A DNA stretch of 64,000 nucleotides from Candidatus Zambryskibacteria bacterium CG10_big_fil_rev_8_21_14_0_10_42_12. Lineage in GTDB: Bacteria > Patescibacteriota > Minisyncoccia > Phycocordibacterales > 1-14-0-10-42-12. The notes under the pieces are model-generated. The model worked only from the letters and a program-made list of their open reading frames with translations, ran no database searches and was not told where the DNA came from. A program made the position numbers and the translations under genes. Location of the stretch: positions 138,250 through 202,249 of the forward strand of contig PCXL01000011.1 of the NCBI GenBank assembly GCA_002787695.1. The letters are read 5' to 3'. Below are positions 1 through 9,247 of the stretch, in pieces (the first letter of the stretch is position 1; each line of letters opens with the position of its first letter).

Positions 1-579
1 GCAATTACTACAGAAGACGTTAAAAAACTCCGTGACGAAACAGGTATCTCTATTATGCAGTGCAAAAAAGCACTTGAAGAGGCAGGAGGTGATTTAGAAA
101 AAGCACGTGTGATTTTAGAAAAGCAAAGCAAGGCGGTTGCTTCAAAAAAGGCGGATCGTGAACTGGGAGCAGGGGCTGTGGCTTCGTACGTTCATAATAC
201 GGGTACAGTTGGGGCTATGGTGCTTCTCTTATGCGAAACAGACTTTGTGGCACGTAATGAAGAGTTTAAGGCTCTTGCCTACGATATTGCGATGCAGGTT
301 GCGGCTACAGCACCTGAATTTAAATCACTCGATGAGATCCCTGAAGACGCTAAAGAAAAGGCAAAGGAGGTGTTTACAGAGGAGGTGAAAGATAAGCCTG
401 TGGATATGCAAGAAAAGATTTTGGCAGGCAAATTGGACAGCTATTTTAAGGAAAAAGCACTTCTAAACCAGGCCTTTATTAAGGATCCGGCAGTAACAAT
501 TAGCGAGATGCTTGAGCGCGGAACACAGAAATTTGGAGAGAAAATTGATATTGGTTCTTTCTCACGTGTCGCGGTATAA
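1..579 (+). CDS. tsf: Elongation factor Ts (short form; 5' end just outside window)
   Basis: Frame open from base 1: AITTEDVKKLRDETGISIMQCKKAL...CETDFVARN, EF-Ts signatures. Confidence 0.97.
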   Translation, partial: AITTEDVKKLRDETGISIMQCKKALEEAGGDLEKARVILEKQSKAVASKKADRELGAGAVASYVHNTGTVGAMVLLLCETDFVARNEEFKALAYDIAMQVAATAPEFKSLDEIPEDAKEKAKEVFTEEVKDKPVDMQEKILAGKLDSYFKEKALLNQAFIKDPAVTISEMLERGTQKFGEKIDIGSFSRVAV

Positions 580-593
580 TCAATAGATACATT

Positions 594-1034
594 ATGGCCA
601 TTATATGGACATTTGGGGTTGCACTTTGTGGGATTATATTAATCTTTGCAAACAAGCTCTACGAGCTTAAGCACAGAAAAGAGACGTTTATCACACGTTT
701 CTTTTCTCGTTACGATAAAACACTTGAGCGTATGATGCTCCGGCTTTACTTTGTGTTTAGACGCATTGAAGATTGGGTAAAAATGCACACGCATAAAACG
801 TTTCCAAGTAAAGTGCGTGCGACTGAAAGGATTGTGATTGAGGCCGTAAGTGATTTTACAGATAGGTTTGTCCATTTCTGGAGAGGTAAGAAAGAATTGT
901 TGCCACGGGCTAAGGTTTCAAAATTTATTGCATCTATTCTTGAATACAGGTATCATAGCGAGCGCGAACGCAAGAAGCTTGTCGGGAACGGACGAATGGA
1001 TTTGGAGAGAGCGTTCGGATCACTGAAAGACTAG
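594..1034 (+). CDS. Hypothetical protein with N-terminal membrane anchor
   Basis: 146-aa ORF, hydrophobic N-terminus, 14 nt after tsf. Confidence 0.7.
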   Translation: MAIIWTFGVALCGIILIFANKLYELKHRKETFITRFFSRYDKTLERMMLRLYFVFRRIEDWVKMHTHKTFPSKVRATERIVIEAVSDFTDRFVHFWRGKKELLPRAKVSKFIASILEYRYHSERERKKLVGNGRMDLERAFGSLKD

Positions 1035-1058
1035 GTTTGAAAAAATATATAAGCCGCC

Positions 1059-1100
1059 CCCGCCTGCCAGCGCCTGAAGTCGCAGACAATGGCGGGCAGG
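1059..1100 (+). repeat. 42-bp palindromic element, family A copy 1, interrupting a relic tRNA-Thr 5' end
   Basis: cccgcctgccagcgcctgaagtcgcagacaatggcgggcagg; 35/42 identical to 53214-53255; removing it restores atataagccgcc|ttagctca, identical to 1353-1372. Confidence 0.9.
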
Positions 1101-1121
1101 TTAGCTCAAATAAAATGGGGT

Positions 1122-1358
1122 ATGTACTACACATACGTTCTAAAAAGTCAGAAAGATTATAACTTATATGTTGGCTGGACTGATGATTTGAAAGCGCGTA
1201 TACTTGCTCATAATTCTGGTAAAGTAATTGCAACGAAACCCAGAACTCCTTTGAGTCTTGTTTATTACGAAGCATGCTTATCAAAGGAAAAAGCAATTGC
1301 ACGAGAAAAATATTTAAAGTCAGGATTTGGGCGTAAGTTTTTGAAAAGCAGAATATAA
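1122..1358 (+). CDS. Stand-alone GIY-YIG nuclease (UPF0213-like)
   Basis: YTYVL...LYVGWTDDLKARILAHN...YYE...A..RE; ATG 5 nt after TAAAAT; stop codon abuts tRNA-Thr. Confidence 0.92.
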   Translation: MYYTYVLKSQKDYNLYVGWTDDLKARILAHNSGKVIATKPRTPLSLVYYEACLSKEKAIAREKYLKSGFGRKFLKSRI

Positions 1359-1431
1359 GCCGCCTTAGCTCAGTTGGTAGAGCAACGCTTTTGTAAAGCG
1401 AAGGTCCCCAGTTCGAGTCTGGGAGGCGGCT
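1359..1431 (+). tRNA. tRNA-Thr(UGU)
   Basis: Acceptor GCCGCCT/AGGCGGC, D arm GCTC/GAGC, anticodon loop TT-TGT-AA, T arm CCCAG-TTCGAGT-CTGGG. Confidence 0.97.
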
Positions 1432-1497
1432 CTGAGTAAAACGAAGAGGTGCCTCCCAGACGGGGAAAGGGTCGGAAAATGGGAGTTTTCCGTGAAG

Positions 1498-1541
1498 CCT
1501 GTCCGCCATTACCTGTGCGGCTTCAGGCGTTGGCAGGCAGG
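1498..1541 (-). repeat. 44-bp palindromic element, family A copy 2
   Basis: Reverse complement cctgcctgccaacgcctgaagccgcacaggtaatggcggacagg aligns end to end with 1059-1100. Confidence 0.88.
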
Positions 1542-1708
1542 GAAGGATTGGGGAAACCGTGGGTGAGATATGGGACGGGACCCATATTGCAAGACCTTTT
1601 GAGACGGTACTCCGTCCAAAAGGTGTACAGAATCTGTAAGATTTCCAATTTGTCTGCGGTGGCGGCGGTTTCTATAGACTTTTATTTTATTGCGAGAAAA
1701 ACTAAAAA

Positions 1709-2446
1709 CTAGTTCTCCTCCGTACTTGTCGCACTCTCTAGTTTTGCCGCTCCCGCTTCGACTTCGTCTTGGCGAGGCGAGTCTTCACGGGCTTTTTTGA
1801 GCTCCTCTAGCTCTGGTATAAGCTCTTCCAAATCGGTGAGTGTCTTGAGACCATAATAATTCTGATTTTTGATTTTAAGTGCTGGAAATTCAGGGTCCAC
1901 ATTATGTACAGAAACAAGTGCTTCAACGGCAGGAGTATCAAGATAGTAATCAAACGGATATACACGGACTTCAGGGTAGAGTTCTTGTAGGCGTGTCAGC
2001 ACCGCTCCTTGTTTGCCGCAGTCTTCACAGTCTTCTTCTTTGTTTGAATAGAAGTAGAGTATTGTAATTGTGTCGGTATTACATTTTTCTGCAACTTGTT
2101 TTGTGAGTAATTGATCTTTTATAAGGAGGAGAGAGTAATATTTTTTAAGATTCAAAAATTCAGGATCATTAGGATCACGTTCGCGTTCCATGAATTGAAG
2201 CTGTGACCCGATTGAGGCGAGCTCCTTAGAGAGGAATGTTGATCCTATGTCACTACATGAGAGATCTTCAAGAAGAGAGAACTGTGTTTCAATAGAGAGG
2301 ATGTCTACAGCGATCTTGCTTTCGATACTGCGGATCTCCTCGAGCCTTTTTTGGTTTAGTGTATTACTCAAACCAAACGCAAGCGCAAAAATTGTGCTCG
2401 TAATAACAAAAGCTATGATATATGTGCGCCAGGCAATTCTTTTCAT
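1709..2446 (-). CDS. Membrane-anchored protein with thioredoxin-like CxxC domain
   Basis: N-terminal TM helix; ILYFYS...CEDC...YPFD...PAL; follows GT2 gene; start chosen at MKRIAW. Confidence 0.75.
   Translation of the reverse strand: MKRIAWRTYIIAFVITSTIFALAFGLSNTLNQKRLEEIRSIESKIAVDILSIETQFSLLEDLSCSDIGSTFLSKELASIGSQLQFMERERDPNDPEFLNLKKYYSLLLIKDQLLTKQVAEKCNTDTITILYFYSNKEEDCEDCGKQGAVLTRLQELYPEVRVYPFDYYLDTPAVEALVSVHNVDPEFPALKIKNQNYYGLKTLTDLEELIPELEELKKAREDSPRQDEVEAGAAKLESATSTEEN
1752..1781 (-). repeat. 30-bp palindromic element (family B) in frame within C-terminal tail
   Basis: ctcgcctcgccaagacgaagtcgaagcggg shares both ends with 21190-21226; encodes SPRQDEVEAG. Confidence 0.72.
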
Positions 2447-2460
2447 AAGTTGGCAATACC

Positions 2461-3702
2461 TTACCTCCAAGCAGGTTTTTTGGCAAGAAGTGCTTTAATT
2501 GAGGCGGAAAGCAGCCAGTATGTAGCTATAAAGCCATAAACGAAAGTATAAAAGAGTAGTCCGCGAGATATTCTAAATTTCTCTTTTGCTATGGTGAGGC
2601 CGGCCAGAAGCATGCAAAATACGAGTGCAATCATAGCGAAACCGATAATGACAGGCGTGCTTGTGTTTATGTAGAACCAATTGAAGTCAAACGATGGTAT
2701 ATTGAAATAAAAACCGGTTGCTACATATTCACCAACACGAGTCCAGACTTTGATTGCAGTATTGATGACGAGAGAAATACCAAAGTAGATCGCTGAATAA
2801 ATTGATATGGTAGAAATCGGAAGAATGAAAAATCCAAGGTTACCGTGCTGACTTCGAAAAAAGAAAGAACGATAATAGTCTTTCATGTTTCTGAGAAAGC
2901 CATAGATCCAGCGTACGCGTTGTTTGTACAGTGTTTTAAGGGTGCGAGGCGATATGGTGTATACGACAGCATCATGAGCGTTTACAATTTTCAGGTGCTT
3001 TTCTTGCATACGGAGGCAGATTTCCAGATCTTCTGTATTGTGCGCATGTCTATAAGGCCCAACGAGTTCATAAACTTCTTTTCTAAAGAATGAAAAAGGA
3101 CCTGGGGTGACAAATACAGATCCAAGCCATGAAAAGACTTTTCTGATAAAGATGCTCAGTGTGTATTCGACGGCTTGGGTATGTTGCAGTATTGTTTCGG
3201 CATTTCCTATTTTAATAGCAGGAATAACCGCCATAGTTTCTTTGTCTTCAAATCCCGCTGCAATATGTAGCAATGCATCTTGCTCAACATATGAGTCAGC
3301 ATCAAGACAACCAATTATGTCACCTTTTGCATATTGGAGACCATAGTTTAGTGCGGTAAATTTACCTCCATTTTTCTTTGAGAGCAGGCGAATTTGTGGA
3401 TGGTTCTTGTACTGCGCAAGTACTCTTTGTGTATTGTCAGTACTACCGTCGTCAATTACAAGAATTTCAAGTTTATCTTTTGGATAGGCAAGATTCAAAA
3501 GCGAACTAATCGTCTTAACAACAGTTTTTTCCTCGTTGAATACGGGGATCATTACCGTTGCAAATGGAAGCTGATTTTTAGGTAGAGCAACCTTCTTTTT
3601 TGTAAGAGAAATTTCATGGCGACGCTCTAAAAACACCAATAAAACAAACACCTCAAAAAAGAGGGACAAATATAAAAGCGCGTATACCACCATTTCGCTC
3701 AT
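2461..3702 (-). CDS. Processive GT2 glycosyltransferase (PgaC/IcaA-like)
   Basis: DDGS, DAD, TED and QRVRW motifs; N- and C-terminal TM helices. Confidence 0.92.
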   Translation of the reverse strand: MSEMVVYALLYLSLFFEVFVLLVFLERRHEISLTKKKVALPKNQLPFATVMIPVFNEEKTVVKTISSLLNLAYPKDKLEILVIDDGSTDNTQRVLAQYKNHPQIRLLSKKNGGKFTALNYGLQYAKGDIIGCLDADSYVEQDALLHIAAGFEDKETMAVIPAIKIGNAETILQHTQAVEYTLSIFIRKVFSWLGSVFVTPGPFSFFRKEVYELVGPYRHAHNTEDLEICLRMQEKHLKIVNAHDAVVYTISPRTLKTLYKQRVRWIYGFLRNMKDYYRSFFFRSQHGNLGFFILPISTISIYSAIYFGISLVINTAIKVWTRVGEYVATGFYFNIPSFDFNWFYINTSTPVIIGFAMIALVFCMLLAGLTIAKEKFRISRGLLFYTFVYGFIATYWLLSASIKALLAKKPAWR

Positions 3703-3753
3703 GTGGCCAATAATACTTGTTTTTAGCCAAATTTACAATATACTTGGGTTTAT

Positions 3754-4485
3754 ATGGTTCACGAAAAATTCACCGGCCATTTACACCCTGTGACGCATAT
3801 ATCGAGACGCATTGTTGGTATTTTGATGGATCTTGGCTTTGAGGTGGCATTAGGACCGGAACTTGAAGAAGATCACTACAATTTTAAGGCACTTAATTTC
3901 CCTGATGATCATCCAGCAAGAGACATGCAGGACACATTTTGGCTTAAAGATTTTCCGGGGCGCCTGTTGCGAACACAGACGTCAAACGTACAGGTGAGGT
4001 ATATGGAGGGTCACGAGCCGCCACTTAAAATAGTTGTTCCAGGTAAGGTCTTTCGTAATGAAGCAACAGATGCAACACATGAGATGCAGTTTCATCAGAT
4101 AGAAGGGTTGGTTGTAGGGAAAGATATTTCACTAGCAAATTTAAAATTTACCCTCGACGCATTCATTAAAAAAATGTTTGGCGAAGATGTGGAAACTCGT
4201 TTTCGTCCCGGTTACTTTCCGTTTGTGGAGCCTGGTATCGAAGTCGACATGAAGCGACCAGAGAAAGGTAACTCAAAAAAAAGTAATGAATGGATTGAAA
4301 TACTCGGGGCAGGCATGGTGCATCCAAATGTTTTGGAAAACGCTGGGGTTGATCCAAAGATATGGCAAGGATTTGCCTTTGGTGTTGGAGTAGATCGAAT
4401 AGCTATGATGAAATTTGGTCTCTCAGATGTGAGAGATTTGTATAGTGGTGATCTGCGTGTTGTTAATCAATTTCCGGGAATATGA
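3754..4485 (+). CDS. pheS: Phenylalanyl-tRNA synthetase alpha subunit (no N-terminal coiled coil)
   Basis: HPARDMQDTF, LLRTQTS, FHQIEG, YFPFVEP, GFAFGVGVDR. Confidence 0.98.
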   Translation: MVHEKFTGHLHPVTHISRRIVGILMDLGFEVALGPELEEDHYNFKALNFPDDHPARDMQDTFWLKDFPGRLLRTQTSNVQVRYMEGHEPPLKIVVPGKVFRNEATDATHEMQFHQIEGLVVGKDISLANLKFTLDAFIKKMFGEDVETRFRPGYFPFVEPGIEVDMKRPEKGNSKKSNEWIEILGAGMVHPNVLENAGVDPKIWQGFAFGVGVDRIAMMKFGLSDVRDLYSGDLRVVNQFPGI

Positions 4486-6386
4486 AAGTAAGTTACAAAT
4501 GGCTCCAATCTTATTTTAAAGAATCCCTACCAAGTCCTCATGAGTTGGCAGATATACTTAATACACGCGCATTTGAAATCGAGAGCGTTGATGAAATTCC
4601 CGGAGGGGATGCGGTTATAGATGTTGATATTTTGCCAAATAGATCACACGATTGTTTAGCTCACCGAGGAATTGCACGCGAAATTGGTGTGCTCTTATCT
4701 CGTACCACAGAGGAACCTGTTTTTGATTTGACACAAAGTGTAGACGCTCTCGGGTTTACCGTTGATGTAGAGGATCCAATTTTTTGTACGCGTTTTGTGG
4801 GTGTGAGAATGCACAGCGTGTCCGTGACCGATTCTCCGAAGTGGATTGAAGAAAGACTGGCGACCATTGGGCAGAGATCAATCAATAATATTGTCGACAT
4901 TACAAATTTTGTGATGTTTGATCTTGGTAAACCGATGCATGCATTTGATGCAGATAAAGTTGTCGGCAATTTGGTGGTGCGTATAGCAAAAGAAGGGGAA
5001 AATATTACGACTCTCGACGGCAAAGACGTTGCTCTAAATGCTTCTATGCATGTTATTGCAGACGATATAAGCCCTCTCGCTATAGCCGGCGTAAAAGGTG
5101 GTATTCGTGCTGAAGTTACAAAAGAGACTAAAAACATTTTAATTGAATCTGCAGTTTTTGATGGTAGTACAATTCGTAAAACAAGTAGGACTGTTGGTAT
5201 TAAAACAGATTCATCTCGTCGTTTTGAAAATGGTATTGCCAACCAATTAGCCATGGATGGTTTCATGGAGACAGTCGCTCTTATTGCCGAGCATGCGAGA
5301 GGGGATGGATTTACCATCGGAGCAACAGTTGATGTGTATCCAAAGCCTGATGAGGAACATGTGGTTAATATGCGTGTTTCAAAACTACAGAGTCTGCTTG
5401 GTGTGGATCTTACTCAAAAGGAGATTGAATCTATTTTTGACCGCTTTGGATTTGTATACGAGAAGAAGGATGGCTCATACGACGTGACTATTCCCGAACT
5501 TCGGCTCGATCTTCGGATTGAAGAGGATGTGATTGAAGAGATTGGTCGTGTGTATGGGTATGAACACATACAAGCGCAACCTATTGCGGATATGGATTTT
5601 AAACCTCAGAGTACGAAGGAGTATAAAGTTATAGAAAACATAAAAAATATTCTAGCCCAGGCAGGGTTTTCAGAAGTACAGACGTATATGTTTGGTGATA
5701 AAGGAGAAGTAGAAGTCTTATATCCTGCGGCGAGTGATAAAACAAAGGTGCGAGCAGACCTCAAGACTCGTTTTGAAGAAACCTTGCAATCCAATGCACG
5801 CTACGCTGATCTTCTTGGTATTTCGGACGTGAGAGTGTTTGAGATTGGTAAAGTGGTCAAAAAAGACGGGGAACACTCACTCCTTGCTCTTGGAGTGCAA
5901 AATGTAAAAAAAGATAAAAAGAAAGAGAGTGAAAAAATTACTGAGGTATTGCAAATGCTTTCGGAAAAATTAGGTTATACGCTCGACACAGAGGTTGCTC
6001 ATCATATTGTCGAAATAGATTTGCAGGAAGTCATTGAGAAATCAGCTGACATATCTGAGCGTGAGCTACGAGACATTATTTCGCACGCAGATGACACAGT
6101 GGAAACAAAGCCAGTATCTTCATACCCGTTTGTTCTCAGAGACATTGCGGTATGGACTCCAGATGGAACACAGGAATCGGATGTGTACGACATTATAAAA
6201 GAACAGGGAGGAGAGCTGTTGGTACGTATTGCATTGTTTGATGAATTTAAAAAGGACGGAAAAACATCGTATGCTTTCAATCTTGTTTTTCAGTCTCATG
6301 AGAGAACGCTAACTGATGAGGAAATAAATCAGATTATGGAAAAAATTTCTACCGTGTTTATTAAACAAGGATGGACAGTAAGGTAG
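4482..6386 (+). CDS. pheT: Phenylalanyl-tRNA synthetase beta subunit (no B2 OB domain)
   Basis: MKVSYKWL, PNRSHDCL, DLRIEEDVIEEIGRVYGY, C-terminal FDX-ACB domain; ATGA overlap with pheS. Confidence 0.97.
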   Translation: MKVSYKWLQSYFKESLPSPHELADILNTRAFEIESVDEIPGGDAVIDVDILPNRSHDCLAHRGIAREIGVLLSRTTEEPVFDLTQSVDALGFTVDVEDPIFCTRFVGVRMHSVSVTDSPKWIEERLATIGQRSINNIVDITNFVMFDLGKPMHAFDADKVVGNLVVRIAKEGENITTLDGKDVALNASMHVIADDISPLAIAGVKGGIRAEVTKETKNILIESAVFDGSTIRKTSRTVGIKTDSSRRFENGIANQLAMDGFMETVALIAEHARGDGFTIGATVDVYPKPDEEHVVNMRVSKLQSLLGVDLTQKEIESIFDRFGFVYEKKDGSYDVTIPELRLDLRIEEDVIEEIGRVYGYEHIQAQPIADMDFKPQSTKEYKVIENIKNILAQAGFSEVQTYMFGDKGEVEVLYPAASDKTKVRADLKTRFEETLQSNARYADLLGISDVRVFEIGKVVKKDGEHSLLALGVQNVKKDKKKESEKITEVLQMLSEKLGYTLDTEVAHHIVEIDLQEVIEKSADISERELRDIISHADDTVETKPVSSYPFVLRDIAVWTPDGTQESDVYDIIKEQGGELLVRIALFDEFKKDGKTSYAFNLVFQSHERTLTDEEINQIMEKISTVFIKQGWTVR

Positions 6387-6387
6387 C

Positions 6388-6510
6388 TTACAGGCTTTTA
6401 CCCCATTCTTCCCAGATGGGATATATAACTGCTGCAATTAAAAAAGCGGGAAATACAATGATGCCAACAAGTAGCCATGCGAATCGTTGAAGTACTTTTC
6501 CTACATCCAT
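6388..6510 (-). CDS. Small membrane protein (40 aa)
   Basis: MDVGKVLQRFAWLLVGIIVFPAFLIAAVIYPIWEEWGKSL, single TM; 3' part of the 6388-6738 ORF call. Confidence 0.55.
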   Translation of the reverse strand: MDVGKVLQRFAWLLVGIIVFPAFLIAAVIYPIWEEWGKSL

Positions 6511-6568
6511 ACAAGCAGATAAGGTAACACACTTCATTTTCTTAACAAAATAAAACTTGTGGAATATG

Positions 6569-6702
6569 AAAAAACGCACGTCCCCAGAGGGAGCGCGCGA
6601 TAGGTGGTGATCGCCCAAGTGGTAAGCTACCCAGGTGTCTGAGCGGTCTAGCCGCCGCATCAGTGACTCGGGTAAGAGCAATGGAATGTGGGCGACCACC
6701 GC
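6569..6702 (-). ncRNA. Candidate structured small RNA (rod-like hairpin plus terminator)
   Basis: TTTACA-16-TATTAT promoter (6735-6708); closing stem 6689-6700/6606-6617 with nested stems; hairpin plus U tract 6599-6569. Confidence 0.55.
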
Positions 6703-6823
6703 GTACAATAATAGCATATTATCTATATTTGTAAACACACTTATTCAGTGTTTTGAACAGTAAAAATAGGTAGATTTTTAGCTGTAAATTTGCTATAATA
6801 CTTCGGTAAAAAATACAAAAAAT

Positions 6824-8908
6824 ATGGCTAAAACGGAGGCTAAAAGTGAGAAAAAAGCAGGCAGCTATGGTGCTGCCGATATTACTGTCCTTGAAGGTCT
6901 CGAGCCGGTACGTAAACGTCCGGGTATGTACATTGGTACAACGGGTCCTGACGGTCTTCACCACCTGATTTGGGAAATTTTTGATAATGCACGAGATGAA
7001 GCAATGGCGGGGCACGCCAACGATGTCGAGGTTGCTCTACTTCCCGATAACTATATCCGTGTAGTGGATAACGGTCGCGGTATTCCGGTTGATACACACA
7101 AGCAGACAAAAGTGTCTGCACTTGAAACTATCATGACGACACTGCATGCCGGCGGCAAGTTTGGTGGCGAAGGGTATAAAGTGTCTGGAGGTCTTCATGG
7201 TGTAGGTGCATCTGTAGTGAATGCGCTTTCTACTCATATGAAAGTGTTGGTGCACAAAAGCAATGGGGATGTCAAAAGCGGTGTGTACATGCAGGAGTAT
7301 GAAATCGGCAAAGCAAAAGCGAAGGTCAAAGTGGTGGGAGACACAAAACACAATGGTACCGTTGTGCTGTTTCAAGCCGACGAGACAATTTTCAAAGAAA
7401 TAAAATTTGATTTTAAGCGAGTGGTAAATCATCTGCGTCAACAGGCGTATTTGGTTAAAGGTCTTCGCATTACCGTGATAGATGCCCGTAACGCCGATTC
7501 AAAACTCAACACGGACAAAGAGTTTTATCTTCGTGAGCTTGGACTTGATATGCCAAGCATGAGTTTCTATTTTGAAGGAGGACTCAAATCACTCATTACA
7601 TTTTACAACCACACGCAAAAGCCGATTCATAAGAATATTTTTTATGTTGAGAAAGAAACGGCAGAATACGAAACCGTTGAAGTTGCTCTCCAGTATGTAG
7701 ATGATATTTCCGCACGTATTCTACCTTTTGCGAATAATATTTATAACCTCGAAGGCGGTACACATATCACCGGTTTCAAAACAGCATTGACTCGTACACT
7801 CAACTCATACGCCAAGAAGAATAAACTTGTTAAAGATGGTGAAGACGCCTTTACGGGAGATGATGTGCTCGAAGGTTTGACAGCGGTCGTGTCTGTTAAG
7901 CTCCGTGAAATTCAATTTGAAGGACAAACGAAGGGGAAGCTTGGCTCTACAGAAGCACGCGGTATGGTTGAGAGCGTTTTTGCAGACAGTTTTTCTATGT
8001 GGCTTGAAGAACACCCTGATGATGCTAAGGCAATTATCCAAAAGGTTACACTTGCACTCAAGGCACGCAAAGCGGCTAAGGCCGCAAAAGATTCTGTGCT
8101 CAGGAAGGGTGCGCTTGAAGGCATGACACTTCCGGGTAAATTGGCTGATTGTCAGACAAAATCAGCAGAAGAATCAGAACTCTTTATTGTGGAGGGAGAT
8201 TCTGCTGGTGGTACTGCAAAGACGGGGCGAGATCGTCGTACACAGGCAATTCTGCCACTGCGAGGAAAGATTTTGAACATTGAGCGTGCACGACTCGATA
8301 GGGCACTTGCATCAGAGCAGATTAAGAACTTGGTGGTGGCGCTTGGTACTGCGATTGGAGACACATTTGATATTGCGAACCTTAGGTACCACAAAGTTAT
8401 TATCGCGACAGATGCCGATGTTGACGGAGCGCACATTCGCACATTGCTTTTGACGTTATTCTACAGATATTTCAGACCGCTGATTGACGGAGGATTTATC
8501 TATATTGCGCAACCACCTCTTTATAAAATAAAGATGGGTAAGGAAATTCATTATGCATATACTGATGCAGACAAAGCAAAGATTGTTGGTGATGATGTAG
8601 ACATTGAAGAGGTAGAAAATATGTCGGAAGGTGAGGAGGTAGAAGAAACATCCGAAGAAGAAGTTGAAGAGACAAAAGGCAAGAGAGTTAGCAAACCGTC
8701 TATCCAACGATACAAAGGTCTTGGAGAAATGAATGCAGAGGAACTCTGGGAAACCACTATGGATCCAGCGCGACGCGTGCTTAAACAGGTAACAATTCAC
8801 GACGCACAAGGCGCCGATAAGATATTTGATATCTTGATGGGTACCGACGTGCCATCACGCAAAAGCTTTATTCAAAGCAACGCCAAGATGGCGAATCTGG
8901 ATCTCTAA
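6824..8908 (+). CDS. gyrB: DNA gyrase subunit B
   Basis: VRKRPGMYIG, GGLHGVG, VEGDSAGG, DADVDG, QRYKGLGEMN. Confidence 0.96.
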   Translation: MAKTEAKSEKKAGSYGAADITVLEGLEPVRKRPGMYIGTTGPDGLHHLIWEIFDNARDEAMAGHANDVEVALLPDNYIRVVDNGRGIPVDTHKQTKVSALETIMTTLHAGGKFGGEGYKVSGGLHGVGASVVNALSTHMKVLVHKSNGDVKSGVYMQEYEIGKAKAKVKVVGDTKHNGTVVLFQADETIFKEIKFDFKRVVNHLRQQAYLVKGLRITVIDARNADSKLNTDKEFYLRELGLDMPSMSFYFEGGLKSLITFYNHTQKPIHKNIFYVEKETAEYETVEVALQYVDDISARILPFANNIYNLEGGTHITGFKTALTRTLNSYAKKNKLVKDGEDAFTGDDVLEGLTAVVSVKLREIQFEGQTKGKLGSTEARGMVESVFADSFSMWLEEHPDDAKAIIQKVTLALKARKAAKAAKDSVLRKGALEGMTLPGKLADCQTKSAEESELFIVEGDSAGGTAKTGRDRRTQAILPLRGKILNIERARLDRALASEQIKNLVVALGTAIGDTFDIANLRYHKVIIATDADVDGAHIRTLLLTLFYRYFRPLIDGGFIYIAQPPLYKIKMGKEIHYAYTDADKAKIVGDDVDIEEVENMSEGEEVEETSEEEVEETKGKRVSKPSIQRYKGLGEMNAEELWETTMDPARRVLKQVTIHDAQGADKIFDILMGTDVPSRKSFIQSNAKMANLDL

Positions 8909-8941
8909 AACAATAAGCCCCGCAATGCGGGGCTTATTGTT
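8909..8941. terminator. Bidirectional intrinsic terminator
   Basis: aacaataagccccgca-a-tgcggggcttattgtt between convergent genes. Confidence 0.85.
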
Positions 8942-9050
8942 ATTTCTTCTTCTTTGAAGAAGCTTTCTTTTTTGCTGCAGGCTTTTTAGTTGCCTTTTTT
9001 GCTGCAGGCTTTTTAGTTGCCTTTTTTGCTGCTTTTTTCTTTGCTGGCAT
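8940..9050 (-). CDS. 36-aa Lys/Ala-rich histone H1-like small protein (absent from ORF track)
   Basis: MPAKKKAAKKATKKPAAKKATKKPAAKKKASSKKKK; 27-nt tandem repeat; TATAAT at 9159-9154; terminator downstream. Confidence 0.8.
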   Translation of the reverse strand: MPAKKKAAKKATKKPAAKKATKKPAAKKKASSKKKK

Positions 9051-9247
9051 GATGTGATATTTACTCAAAAGAGTTAATGGTTCGACCACGTGTGTAGCCG
9101 TCTGGAGTTGGTATGAAAGTCGTGAGACTCTCAGACACTTTCACTACACTTTGATTATATGCTGTGTATAGAAACTGAAAAGATGGGGACAACGATGGCG
9201 GGTGTCAGGTACTAGTTATTAGGTTTTAGTAAAAATACTTTATAGAT

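Noticed and set aside
1449-1712. 87-aa ORF after tRNA-Thr
   Set aside because: Runs through the tRNA trailer and a family A repeat; no protein features.
6388-6738. 116-aa ORF as annotated
   Set aside because: 5' two-thirds crosses a promoter, structured RNA and terminator; only the last 40 codons look protein-like.
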